A DNA stretch of 64,000 nucleotides from a virus, in IMG/VR virus record IMGVR_UViG_3300035698_012088, positions 95,413 through 159,412 of that record, one strand, 5' to 3'. Every line of letters begins with the position of its first letter. Within the stretch, counting starts at the first letter, position 1. Both the position numbers and the translations under genes were made by a program. The notes under the pieces were generated by a model. It was not told the DNA's origin, ran no database searches, and was given only the letters and a program-made list of their open reading frames with translations. Positions 1 through 8,700 of the stretch are shown one piece after another.

Positions 1-47
1 AAGTGTAAGAGCGTAGTATAAAGAGACTACGGAGAATACGATTTTCG
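1..47 (+). mobile_element. Probable 3' end of an upstream group I intron in the DNA polymerase gene
   Basis: The polymerase frame has a TAG at 14-16. Two small hairpins (CGTAGT/ACTACG and GAGAAT/ATTTTC) end at G47, after which TT-CAA-GGC restores (F)QGLAADGAK. Confidence 0.55.
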
Positions 48-130
48 TTCAAGGCTTAGCAGCTGATGGAGCAAAATACGCCCTATGGTATTTATACTTA
101 GCTGATTATAAGATGGTTAACTTTATCCAT
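48..130 (+). CDS. polA: Family A DNA polymerase, internal exon
   Basis: Translates QGLAADGAKYALWYLYLADYKMVNFIH: the PolA QGxAAD motif followed by the first half of motif C (VNFIH). Confidence 0.85.
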
Positions 131-179
131 AATAGACACGTCTCTTTCTAATGCTATATTAGTATAGGAAGGAGACATC

Positions 180-815
180 ATGTATTCTGTATATATGTAC
201 ACGCACACAAAAAGTAATAAAAAGTATATAGGTCTTACAAAATATACTTTAGAAAAGAGAGCCGGTAAAGAAGGCTGCAACTATAAAGGTTGTCCTAGAT
301 TTTACGATGCCATCCAACAATTTGGCATGTCTGCATTTAAAGCAGAAGTGGTAAAATCAGAACTAACTAGAAAAGAAGCAGCTGATTTAGAGAAAAAGAT
401 GATAAGGAAACTTAAAACCAGAGACCGATCTCTAGGCTATAATCTTCAACCAGGTGGATTTTGTTATCGTAGAACCAAAAGCTCTGAAAGGAGAAGGCGG
501 CAACGAATAAAAACCACCTTGAGGAAACAAAGGTCTAGTTCTAAAGTAAGAAAGACAATGAGTAATAGAATGAAGGATGTATGGAGCGATCCTATTTTTA
601 GAGAAAAACAACTAAATATCCTTCAAACCTCTCCCACAGGAAAACCTAAAAAGAGACTTCAATGCCGCGAAACTGGAGAGGTGTATTCTTCTCAAGCCGA
701 AGCAGCTAAAGTTTGGGGGCTTAGCAAGAGCTATATAAGCCGTTCTTTAAAGGAAAAGGATTTTGTTAGAGTTAACAAGTCCTGTGGAGATTATGTGCAT
801 TTATATAGATACTAA
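180..815 (+). CDS. GIY-YIG homing endonuclease in intron loop L1
   Basis: SVYMY...KKYIGLT, a conserved R and E, GYNL, and a C-terminal NUMOD1-like segment (ETGEVYSSQAEAAK). SD GGAG upstream. Confidence 0.85.
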   Translation: MYSVYMYTHTKSNKKYIGLTKYTLEKRAGKEGCNYKGCPRFYDAIQQFGMSAFKAEVVKSELTRKEAADLEKKMIRKLKTRDRSLGYNLQPGGFCYRRTKSSERRRRQRIKTTLRKQRSSSKVRKTMSNRMKDVWSDPIFREKQLNILQTSPTGKPKKRLQCRETGEVYSSQAEAAKVWGLSKSYISRSLKEKDFVRVNKSCGDYVHLYRY

Positions 816-938
816 ACATTGTGGATGTAAAACAGGGTGAATTGCTGGAAAATCCTAAAGCCTTTTGTACTATAGTGGTTGCACTTTCAAATAGGGTGCA
901 GTACATTATCACTAAGTAACAATCAAAAGGATATTAAA

Positions 939-1355
939 ATGGACAATCAGCAGGCAAGCTCGAACCTAATACCTCTCCCAGGCCTATCTCACTATTATAC
1001 AGATGGAGTCGGGAATATTTACAGTACAAAGAGAGGAGACACCAAAAAATTGAAGACTAGACTACACTATGGAAGAAGTGCTTCGCCCTACATAAGAGTG
1101 AAGGCAGCAGCGAAGAATTATTTACTGCATAGGTTAGTAGCATCTGTCCATCTTAAAAGGCCCCTTGCCAAAGAGGAGAGGGTAAACCACAAAGATGGCG
1201 ATACTGTAAACAACAGTCTGAACAATTTAGAGGTATTGTCTCACAGGGAGAATGTTGCTCATGCCGTGAGAAACAATCTCTACTGCTCCGGTAAAGAATG
1301 GTATAAGGCCAGAGAAGCTTCAACGACTATTCCGCGAGGAAGTACACTCAAGTGA
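939..1355 (+). CDS. HNH homing endonuclease in intron P6 region
   Basis: LHRLVA...VNHKDGDTVNNSLNNLE..HRENVAHA (HNH_3 type). ATG at 939 follows AAGGA. Confidence 0.85.
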   Translation: MDNQQASSNLIPLPGLSHYYTDGVGNIYSTKRGDTKKLKTRLHYGRSASPYIRVKAAAKNYLLHRLVASVHLKRPLAKEERVNHKDGDTVNNSLNNLEVLSHRENVAHAVRNNLYCSGKEWYKAREASTTIPRGSTLK

Positions 1356-1468
1356 GTGGAAGCGCCCTGCCCCTAGTAACTTAGGGTGATGATATAGTCT
1401 GATCTGAATGGAAACATTCAGCAGCTGTAAAGCGAGCAAAGAGCAACGACCTTTGCTGAACATGAATG

Positions 1469-1684
1469 GATGAGATAATAGTAGAGTTGCCTCTAGGAGA
1501 CGAGCTTCAAGCCAATGTCAAAAAAGTGGAAAAATATATGATTCTAGGTATGGAAAAAGTGATTAAACACGTTACAATAAAGGTAGAACCCACACTAATG
1601 ACTAGATGGTACAAAGAAGCTGAACCCGTGTATGATGAGGAGGATAATCTTCTCCTCTGGACACCTAAGATGAAAGAAATGTGA
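1469..1684 (+). CDS. polA: Family A DNA polymerase, last exon
   Basis: DEIIVELP...VTIKVEPTLMTRWYK completes motif C and a typical PolA C-terminus. Confidence 0.85.
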   Translation, partial: DEIIVELPLGDELQANVKKVEKYMILGMEKVIKHVTIKVEPTLMTRWYKEAEPVYDEEDNLLLWTPKMKEM

Positions 1685-1870
1685 TTATGAAACAGACTTG
1701 TCATTTCTGCCAGAAGACTAAAGCAGCAGCATCAATGTTCCCTCTGAAGAAAGGAGAGAATATCATAGTATGGGGCTGTAAACATCACCCTGGAATACCA
1801 GAACAATTTGCATTAGATAAAGAATATCTAAAAGAACTCATAAAAAAACCTACAAGGAATATTTTACCAA

Positions 1871-3055
1871 ATGGCATTCAGAAAAATGTCCGACACCGGA
1901 CAAAGTACAAACACTAATAGTTTTTCTAATTTAAACTTAATAGTAAAACCCGACTCAGGATTTGAGATCCTTATCCCCTATTTGAAAGAAGATGACCTGG
2001 AAACAGAAATCAGAGTTTTCAATTCATTTGATGAAGATGGAGATGAGGACTTGGTCCTTAACCCAGATGGAAACGTCGAAGACCCTTTCAATAGCCTTGG
2101 CTGTGCATTCTACTATGCAGAAGTATGTACAATCTGGAAGAATGGTAGGACCATGTTGGTCTCATCAGTCCAACCAGAAGATGAAGCAGGAAATCCAGTT
2201 CCTGGGAGTAACTACAGCCCAGCTGCCCATTTCATGAGGAGACTCAGCTACAAGATCTTTGTAGAGAATGAAAAGCAGCAGCGCGGTATGGAGACAAACA
2301 TTCCTAAGCATTGGATGCCCTGGACATCTAAAGGTACTATTGTAAGACCCCAGCCCATGTTTATGGTTCAGTGCATGGCTTCAAAAGTAAATGGAGAAGT
2401 CAAAAGGGATATGAAAAAGAAGATGCAATGGCAAGGTCCATATGTCTTCCTCATTCCCAAAAGTGCTGAAGGCGTTTTCCTGAACAACGTACTAAAGAAA
2501 GAGGATGAAGATGAGATGCTCAGTCTTGGCAATAATCGTTTAGGCGATTTCTGCTCCTGTGCTGAAGGTCACCTCTTAAGACTCTCAAGATTTACTCAAA
2601 AATCAGGTGGTGGAAAAAGAGGCAAGATCAGTTATTCTCTGTCTCTAGGTAAGAAAACACCATTTAGAGAAGATCAAGTCAAAGGTATTGTGAGACCCTG
2701 GGATGAACTTATTCATCTCCCCACAGTTGATGAAACTGTTAGGGTCTTGTCAAAACTCTTTGAGCCTGCTGTGATAGACTTCGGTTTTAGAAACACAGCA
2801 TATACTTCTTATGTCCCTGAAGAGTTCCTCGGAGCTGCAGATGACATTCCAGAAGCAGAAGATATTAGAGAGATTAGAGCCAAGAACGGGCCAATCCAAG
2901 AGGAGCGTACCGCCCCAAGACTCAAAGCTCCTTCTATTGCTGATGGAGATGATATTGACTTACCCAAAGTCTCAGATGATAGTGAACTAAGCCCAGAAGC
3001 GTTCAAGAAGAACTTGGATAAGCTCCAGGGTCACACTATGCCTATGGCAGACTAA
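1871..3055 (+). CDS. Hypothetical protein, possibly ssDNA-binding or recombination-associated
   Basis: 394-aa ORF between polA and the RecA-like gene with an acidic C-terminal region. Function inferred from position only. Confidence 0.3.
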   Translation: MAFRKMSDTGQSTNTNSFSNLNLIVKPDSGFEILIPYLKEDDLETEIRVFNSFDEDGDEDLVLNPDGNVEDPFNSLGCAFYYAEVCTIWKNGRTMLVSSVQPEDEAGNPVPGSNYSPAAHFMRRLSYKIFVENEKQQRGMETNIPKHWMPWTSKGTIVRPQPMFMVQCMASKVNGEVKRDMKKKMQWQGPYVFLIPKSAEGVFLNNVLKKEDEDEMLSLGNNRLGDFCSCAEGHLLRLSRFTQKSGGGKRGKISYSLSLGKKTPFREDQVKGIVRPWDELIHLPTVDETVRVLSKLFEPAVIDFGFRNTAYTSYVPEEFLGAADDIPEAEDIREIRAKNGPIQEERTAPRLKAPSIADGDDIDLPKVSDDSELSPEAFKKNLDKLQGHTMPMAD

Positions 3056-3068
3056 CAAGTCTATATGT

Positions 3069-3095
3069 GCCGGGGCAAATGTCCCGGCTTTTCCT
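3069..3095 (+). terminator. Intrinsic terminator
   Basis: GCCGGGGC-AAAT-GTCCCGGC followed by TTTT. Confidence 0.7.
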
Positions 3096-3118
3096 CTTTC
3101 TACATATAGGAGATTACT

Positions 3119-4315
3119 ATGGCCAGAGGTCGTAAAGCAGCAACAGCATTAACCAATGCTACACCTACAGGATTCGCCAATGCACTCAGAGACAATGCTA
3201 TCAAAGAGTGGGGCACAACCAATGTAGCAGATGCAGATACCTTCTTGGATTCTGTATATGGCATACCAGTAGGGAATGATAAACTCCCTCTTCAATACCT
3301 TTTAGGCATTGACGTCTTAGCTTTAGAGAGATGTATTACCTTAGTAGGGTCTTGGGGAACAACCAAGTCTTCCCTAGGATGGTACTTTGCTAAGCTATTT
3401 TTAGAACATAACAGTCAAGTAGTATTTATTGATACTGAACATAAAACTAATCCTGATCAGGTCAGGGCTATTATTAACAACGATGAACTCTTAAAGAATA
3501 TCCTGTTTACAGAAGTGGACTCTTTAGATAAGATGCTCCATGCCTTATTCTATTATACAGAAGAATACAACAAACTGATTCCAGACAAAAGCATCCCTAT
3601 GTTGCTTTTTGTAGATTCCTTAAATGCTGTCACATCAGAAGATGTAGCATCTAAGATCATGGCACAGGAAGATGTAGCCGGTTTTAGTGGAGCCAGGAAT
3701 GCAGGACAGATACAAGAACATATGCAGACATTTGTTCCTAAGTGCCTAAAAGGTAACCCAATATCCCTGGTGGTAGTAAACCATCAGAAGTTAGATATTG
3801 GCGCCACAGCACGATCCCCCTTTATGCCAGCAATCAAAAAGGAAGCTGGAGGAGGACACAAAGATTTCGCCTACACTTGGAAATTTGAGTTGATGAAGGC
3901 TGGTTCTAAGAAATCAGTCCATGGGAATATTCCCTGCTACAAGATGAAAATAGGTAAGAGTTCTCTAGGTTCAGGTGAGAGATTGCCTATCCTAGTTCCA
4001 TATACCAGCACCTTCAAAGAAGATGGTGTTGAGATAATTGAATATGACTGGGACTCTGCTTTGGTAGACCTATTGACTGATAATAAGATATCAGCCACTG
4101 CGGTCAAAGAAGTAATACAGTTTACTAGAAGTGGATCTAAGTGCTCAAGCAAGCAACTTGGGCTAACAGATGTTTCTGCAAAAGAGATGGGAAAAGCCAT
4201 ACATGCAGATGCAGATATAGTTAAAGCACTACAAGACAATGTCTTACACATTAGGAGAAAAAGGGTATTTGGATGTCAATCTTTGGAAATAGCGAAAAGC
4301 GATTCAAAAAGCTAG
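3119..4315 (+). CDS. RecA/UvsX-like recombinase with a divergent Walker A
   Basis: LVGSWGTTKSS (Walker A position), VFIDTEH, LLFVDSL (Walker B), VVVNHQK and GGG loop in RecA order. Confidence 0.75.
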   Translation: MARGRKAATALTNATPTGFANALRDNAIKEWGTTNVADADTFLDSVYGIPVGNDKLPLQYLLGIDVLALERCITLVGSWGTTKSSLGWYFAKLFLEHNSQVVFIDTEHKTNPDQVRAIINNDELLKNILFTEVDSLDKMLHALFYYTEEYNKLIPDKSIPMLLFVDSLNAVTSEDVASKIMAQEDVAGFSGARNAGQIQEHMQTFVPKCLKGNPISLVVVNHQKLDIGATARSPFMPAIKKEAGGGHKDFAYTWKFELMKAGSKKSVHGNIPCYKMKIGKSSLGSGERLPILVPYTSTFKEDGVEIIEYDWDSALVDLLTDNKISATAVKEVIQFTRSGSKCSSKQLGLTDVSAKEMGKAIHADADIVKALQDNVLHIRRKRVFGCQSLEIAKSDSKS

Positions 4316-4664
4316 AGAAGCAGAGAGCTATAGATAAGTTCACTGCAAAAGTAAAGAAGATCATAGAGAAGGAAGTAATAGTTGATTTAGATATGGAGAT
4401 CATGGACACTGTCCTCACCATGTCAGAGATCTTTTCAGGAAAGTATCAAGAGACGAAGATGTGGGGTAAGTTCAAGAAAGCTTTGGCTGTCACGCCTTAC
4501 CCCATAATGATCTTTAAGATAAAGAGAAGTGGTCCTTGGGTCTTAACCAACGCCACTGTGCCCAATCAGCAGTCTGGAAGGGCCAGGATAGAGATACCTG
4601 CAAAGGGAACAGCCCAGAATGCATATGTCTATCCCCTAGAGTTATTTTGTAAGGAGTATAAAGT

Positions 4665-4952
4665 ATGAGTAATCTAAGAGATAAGACCTACAGAGAGAAG
4701 ATGAAAACCTGTAGTCACTTGTTACCCGATCCAGGAGGAGAGGTAGTGAGGGAGTGTCTTGAGTACATAGAGGAGTTAGTCGAAAAGCTTGCAATTCCTC
4801 AGTATAGATCCATTGAGGACAAAATTGCTACTGTCCGGGTAGCTCTCTCTCAAACGGCGATCTCGGCCCTGAGCGATAGAGAAATCGGTAGACAGTGTGC
4901 AGTTAGCCATACCTTTGTGGGTAAGGTTCGTAGAAGTATGGAAAAGGAATAG
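4665..4952 (+). CDS. Small helix-turn-helix protein
   Basis: LSDREIGRQCAVSHTFVGKVRR. Confidence 0.6.
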   Translation: MSNLRDKTYREKMKTCSHLLPDPGGEVVRECLEYIEELVEKLAIPQYRSIEDKIATVRVALSQTAISALSDREIGRQCAVSHTFVGKVRRSMEKE

Positions 4953-4955
4953 AAA

Positions 4956-5741
4956 ATGGGTGCAGTTAAAATAGTAGAAGCTGAATTGATTGGGGACCTC
5001 CCAGCAGTAGTTCCTAAGCAGTTCCAGATCTTTGTGGATGAAGTCCCAAAGAAGAAAGAAGACTGCTTTACTCTGATCAAGAGTAATCTGATCGATGCAG
5101 CCAGGTATGCCACACTAAGGCATTGGAATGTAGGAAGGGTCATCGATACCCTAAAGGATAGAGGTGAAAAGGATGTACTCACTCAGGTCATGGAGAAGAC
5201 CCAGTATGAGAAGAGACATCTTCAGTACACCCTATCTGTCTTCAGGAAGTTTCCCTCCTTTGAGGAAGTACACGATCTCTGTGTAAAAGGCCTTGAATGG
5301 ACACAGTTCAAAATGTTGACTGCTGTCAAAGAAGATGGGGATAGAGAAGAGATTGTAGAGAAGATCATGGAAGACAGGATTGATAAGTATGATCTTGGAG
5401 ATGAGATCAAGAAGGCTAACAGCAGCGGACTACCTGCCCTCCCCGCTCTCCCAGAAGTCCCTGAGACTGATGGCACAATAGAAACTGCAGAGCCTCTTAA
5501 GTTCTTCCAGAAGATGCATGATGCCCTGGAGAAGACCTATCACCACTTCACGGACAAGCTCATGGAAAGTAAAGACTACTTGGATGTAGCCACTGATGAC
5601 ATGAGAACAACAGATGAAGTGTACAACAAAGTAATTGAACAGATTGCAGTGATCAGAAATGACACAGCAGACTGCCAGGATACTTTGATGAGTCTTCTAG
5701 AGTTTTGTGATACCACGGCCAAGGATCATGCAGAAGAATAA
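4956..5741 (+). CDS. Hypothetical protein with a DUF1016-N-like helical domain
   Basis: LRHWNVGRVI...LEWTQFKML pattern; weak. Confidence 0.3.
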   Translation: MGAVKIVEAELIGDLPAVVPKQFQIFVDEVPKKKEDCFTLIKSNLIDAARYATLRHWNVGRVIDTLKDRGEKDVLTQVMEKTQYEKRHLQYTLSVFRKFPSFEEVHDLCVKGLEWTQFKMLTAVKEDGDREEIVEKIMEDRIDKYDLGDEIKKANSSGLPALPALPEVPETDGTIETAEPLKFFQKMHDALEKTYHHFTDKLMESKDYLDVATDDMRTTDEVYNKVIEQIAVIRNDTADCQDTLMSLLEFCDTTAKDHAEE

Positions 5742-6591
5742 TCTACCCAGCTTTAGTGTACCTAGATTCAACAAGCTCTCCGCTAAGATTAAAAGTGCTC
5801 TTATCGAAGATGGTCTACAGGATGCAACCATCCAACAGGCTAACATGAAAAGAGTGCTAGATGCTATAGTTTCTAATCTCCCAAAGAGAAAAGGGCTATC
5901 TAAAGATGACAAGTATATGAGGAGGAAGTCTGTAACAAGCATTCTCTCCCATTACATTGGAACACCTTTAGATGTATTAACTATAGATGTCCTATGCAAA
6001 CACATTGCTGGATGCGTAGATACCATCTTAGACGGTGAACTATATTGCCAATGGTCACCTAAGAGTCCAGCTAACTGGGCCTTCATAAAGGTAATAAGTA
6101 TAGAGAGGGACTTTACAGAGAGAAAGACATATAAATGTAGACTAGAGTCCTGTGGTGGAAACACTTATGGAACTACATGGATTGTGAACTTCTCTTCTAA
6201 ATTTGTATATAGAATCCTAAAGGCTTGTGGAACTAGATGGAAAGATGAGCATATTCCAGAAGATCTATTTGATCTATGGCTAACTGCTAAGATAGGATAT
6301 AAGAGCTATAAAACCACATTTACAGACATATATGCTTCCAACAGTCAACAGGTTTATAATAAGAATATACTAAAAAAAAGAATAGGTCCCTGCATTCAGG
6401 GCTTGACAAATAAGTGTATGAACTGTCAATTACCTAAGAAGCTGTGTGCTTTATCTAGACACACTGCAGAATACCCTAAAGAGGTATGTAAAAACACTAA
6501 ACCAACTAAACATTATGGATACATTGTAAGGGATAAAATATGCCTTGGGTGTATTAATGTTGGTAGATTTCCACATAAGGAGAAAAGATGA
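5707..6591 (+). CDS. Hypothetical protein, Cys-rich C-terminus
   Basis: 294-aa ORF in a coupled gene run. Confidence 0.5.
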   Translation: MIPRPRIMQKNNLPSFSVPRFNKLSAKIKSALIEDGLQDATIQQANMKRVLDAIVSNLPKRKGLSKDDKYMRRKSVTSILSHYIGTPLDVLTIDVLCKHIAGCVDTILDGELYCQWSPKSPANWAFIKVISIERDFTERKTYKCRLESCGGNTYGTTWIVNFSSKFVYRILKACGTRWKDEHIPEDLFDLWLTAKIGYKSYKTTFTDIYASNSQQVYNKNILKKRIGPCIQGLTNKCMNCQLPKKLCALSRHTAEYPKEVCKNTKPTKHYGYIVRDKICLGCINVGRFPHKEKR

Positions 6592-7220
6592 AACCAAATA
6601 CATTTACCAAAGGAGGATCTACAATGGGAATGAGAATTCCAGGAGCAGGGCCCCCAATGGTTTTCCAGAGAGACCTGGCACTATGCCTACCTTTTTTGAT
6701 GAAGAATGCTACGATTATGTGCCAAGGCATATATGAGGGCCAAAAAGCAGAATTGGAGATTTTAGACACTATAATCCAGTTCTTCCATAGAACCTATGAG
6801 GATTCTAGAGCAGATAGAATGAAAGGCCTCAATCAGCTTAGACACTTGTTTGAGTATATTGAGACTAAGGGAGCTATGGGCACAGAGCTGTTAGCTACCT
6901 TTTCTACACTGTTCATGACATCCATTTTTACTTACATATATGGTAGTAAGCAAATGGCCATTGCATCCCCAGACAGTCTAGACACAGAAGAGTGTTACGA
7001 TTTTCAACAAGTAACCTCTATGCTATCTTTGATGGGTAAAGAAACAGCCAACTCTTTTATTGATGAAGTGAAAAGCTGTGGGGCTCTCCCTACAGGATAT
7101 GACCTCAATCCATTAAAGAAATCAGTAGATAACTATCTAATTGATATACAGAAAAATCAGGAAGAAAGATATGCCGCAAACACTACAGACTCTGACAAAG
7201 AAGCTCCAGCAGAGTCCTGA
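6588..7220 (+). CDS. Hypothetical protein
   Basis: ATGA overlap with the previous gene and SD AAGGAG. Confidence 0.55.
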   Translation: MKPNTFTKGGSTMGMRIPGAGPPMVFQRDLALCLPFLMKNATIMCQGIYEGQKAELEILDTIIQFFHRTYEDSRADRMKGLNQLRHLFEYIETKGAMGTELLATFSTLFMTSIFTYIYGSKQMAIASPDSLDTEECYDFQQVTSMLSLMGKETANSFIDEVKSCGALPTGYDLNPLKKSVDNYLIDIQKNQEERYAANTTDSDKEAPAES

Positions 7221-7908
7221 TACAATATACTACAGATGGTATGGTACTATCTTCTCTGAGCAGGATGTCTTCACTAGATTGGATAAAACATATCTCTATG
7301 TAGTTAAAGATAACATTATCCAAAGAGTGATAGGATATTCTAGTAAGACAGAAGATCAAGAGCCAATCCTCAAGTATTCAACAGAGACTTGTTATAGAAT
7401 CATGTCTGGAAACAGGAAGGGAAGAGTACTCCCCTCTAGTAGAATATTTCAGAATGAGACTTGTGAGATAGCTGGAATAAAAAAAGACCTAGAGGAAGGA
7501 ACCTCAAAGAACCAAATTAATGAAGATAAGCCTTCAGATTCATACCTATTAGAGATACTCGGGGAATTAGAAGTTCCTCCTCATACAATACCTAAGATGG
7601 TACATCCTCAGTTCTACTTGAGCTGCCCCTCTAATAATAAGATTCTATATCCTAGAAAGGGAGAGGCAACCTTAGAGGCTATCAAGGCTACAGGTGCCTA
7701 CAATGAGAGCCTACCTTTGGAGACATGCCTTAGGAGATGCTTACCTGACTTTGCAGAAGATGCAGGGAAAGGAAGAAGTGCTTACCCTTTTGAGCACATT
7801 TATGGAAAAGGGATAGTGGTTGCAGATCCTTCAATCTATGGCACATGGTTTGCAGTAGATAAGAAAGATGTAGCTAATACAAAAACAGTGGAGTTTACAT
7901 TTACATGA
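7141..7908 (+). CDS. Hypothetical protein
   Basis: Long ORF in a coupled run; true start probably ATG 7171. Confidence 0.5.
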   Translation: MIYRKIRKKDMPQTLQTLTKKLQQSPDTIYYRWYGTIFSEQDVFTRLDKTYLYVVKDNIIQRVIGYSSKTEDQEPILKYSTETCYRIMSGNRKGRVLPSSRIFQNETCEIAGIKKDLEEGTSKNQINEDKPSDSYLLEILGELEVPPHTIPKMVHPQFYLSCPSNNKILYPRKGEATLEAIKATGAYNESLPLETCLRRCLPDFAEDAGKGRSAYPFEHIYGKGIVVADPSIYGTWFAVDKKDVANTKTVEFTFT

Positions 7909-8501
7909 GATTAGGAGAGTGGTTAGCAAGTAGAGAGTATATAACAAATAAAGCATGTGTTTTAACTGTAGGCTCAGATGGTCTCAAACCGTCCCAGAAT
8001 AATCTAATGTCAATTGGATTGCATACAGGTAAAGAACACTCTATAACATACATAACCGGAGCAGACCCTAGTGCTGTTGTACAGTACACAGGAGTATCTC
8101 CGTCTTCCTATACGGAAAGAGCAGTGGGGGCAGACAGAGCAAAGGAACTTATTCTTCCTATTCTGTACAGTATGGATTTCTATGTGGTATTTAACAAAGC
8201 CTTTGTAGAAGGATGGCTTGATGATTTTGATCCTAAGATGTTTGAGGATAAAGAGGTCTTGGACTTGTCCAGCTTCTTTAAGCTAAAGGATATGGGAGAA
8301 GATATCCCACCAGATGTGGAAAACCTTACAGACTTAAATGAAAGAATAAGTGCCTGCCTTGTAGGTACTAAGTACAGGAAGGGTTATAAGTTAGAAGACT
8401 TACAAGCCCGGTATTTAGGAGATATGGAAGACTATCTCCCTGCTTTAGAGATGAAGCCCCTAAAGCTATATAAATTATATGAAACTGCATTAATGCTATA
8501 A
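7905..8501 (+). CDS. DnaQ/DEDD exonuclease-fold protein, apparently catalytically degenerate
   Basis: CVLTVGSDGLKPSQNNLMSIG aligns to ExoI (xxDxETTGL...IxxIG); YTGVS, VFNKAF, VLDLS and YKLEDL follow the DnaQ layout. Confidence 0.5.
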   Translation: MRLGEWLASREYITNKACVLTVGSDGLKPSQNNLMSIGLHTGKEHSITYITGADPSAVVQYTGVSPSSYTERAVGADRAKELILPILYSMDFYVVFNKAFVEGWLDDFDPKMFEDKEVLDLSSFFKLKDMGEDIPPDVENLTDLNERISACLVGTKYRKGYKLEDLQARYLGDMEDYLPALEMKPLKLYKLYETALML

Positions 8502-8669
8502 GGTGTATTCAGAGTTTAAAGCTTTATGTACTCTTTCATCAGATAATTCTGCAAAACCCCCAGATAGGGATTTGATAATCTTCTTACATTTAGTACATAT
8601 ATAAAGTCCTTCAGGGGCTTTGTTCTGCTTACATCTCATGCACGTTCTACGTGGTCTACGCTTTGCCAT
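8496..8669 (-). CDS. Small basic Zn-finger protein
   Basis: MAKRRPRRTCMRC...ICTKCKK with AGGA upstream; fills the gap between + strand genes. Confidence 0.55.
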   Translation of the reverse strand: MAKRRPRRTCMRCKQNKAPEGLYICTKCKKIIKSLSGGFAELSDERVHKALNSEYTL

Positions 8670-8700
8670 GATGTAATCCTTTCCGTAAAAATTCAATATA

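Larger units (their letters stand above)
131..1468 (+). mobile_element. Group I intron (IA2-like) inserted in polymerase motif C (H|D)
   Basis: The exon ends in U130 and the intron ends in G1468. P1: TATCCAT|AAT pairs with ATTGTGGATG (818-827) with a U.G pair at the splice site. P AATTGCTGGAAA (~840), Q AATCAGCAGG (~945), R TTCAACGACTA (~1319), S GATGATATAGTCT (~1388). P3 CAGGGTG/CGCCCTG; P7.1 and P7.2 hairpins present. Splicing gives VNFIH-DEIIVE. Confidence 0.92.

Noticed and set aside
14-16. Stop-codon reassignment suggested by the TAG in the polA frame
   Set aside because: TAG, TGA and TAA all end genes cleanly elsewhere and long genes are uninterrupted. An intron explains this TAG better.
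1466-1684. Independent 72-aa gene starting at ATG 1466
   Set aside because: The G of this ATG is the intron's terminal G; the ORF is the last polA exon.
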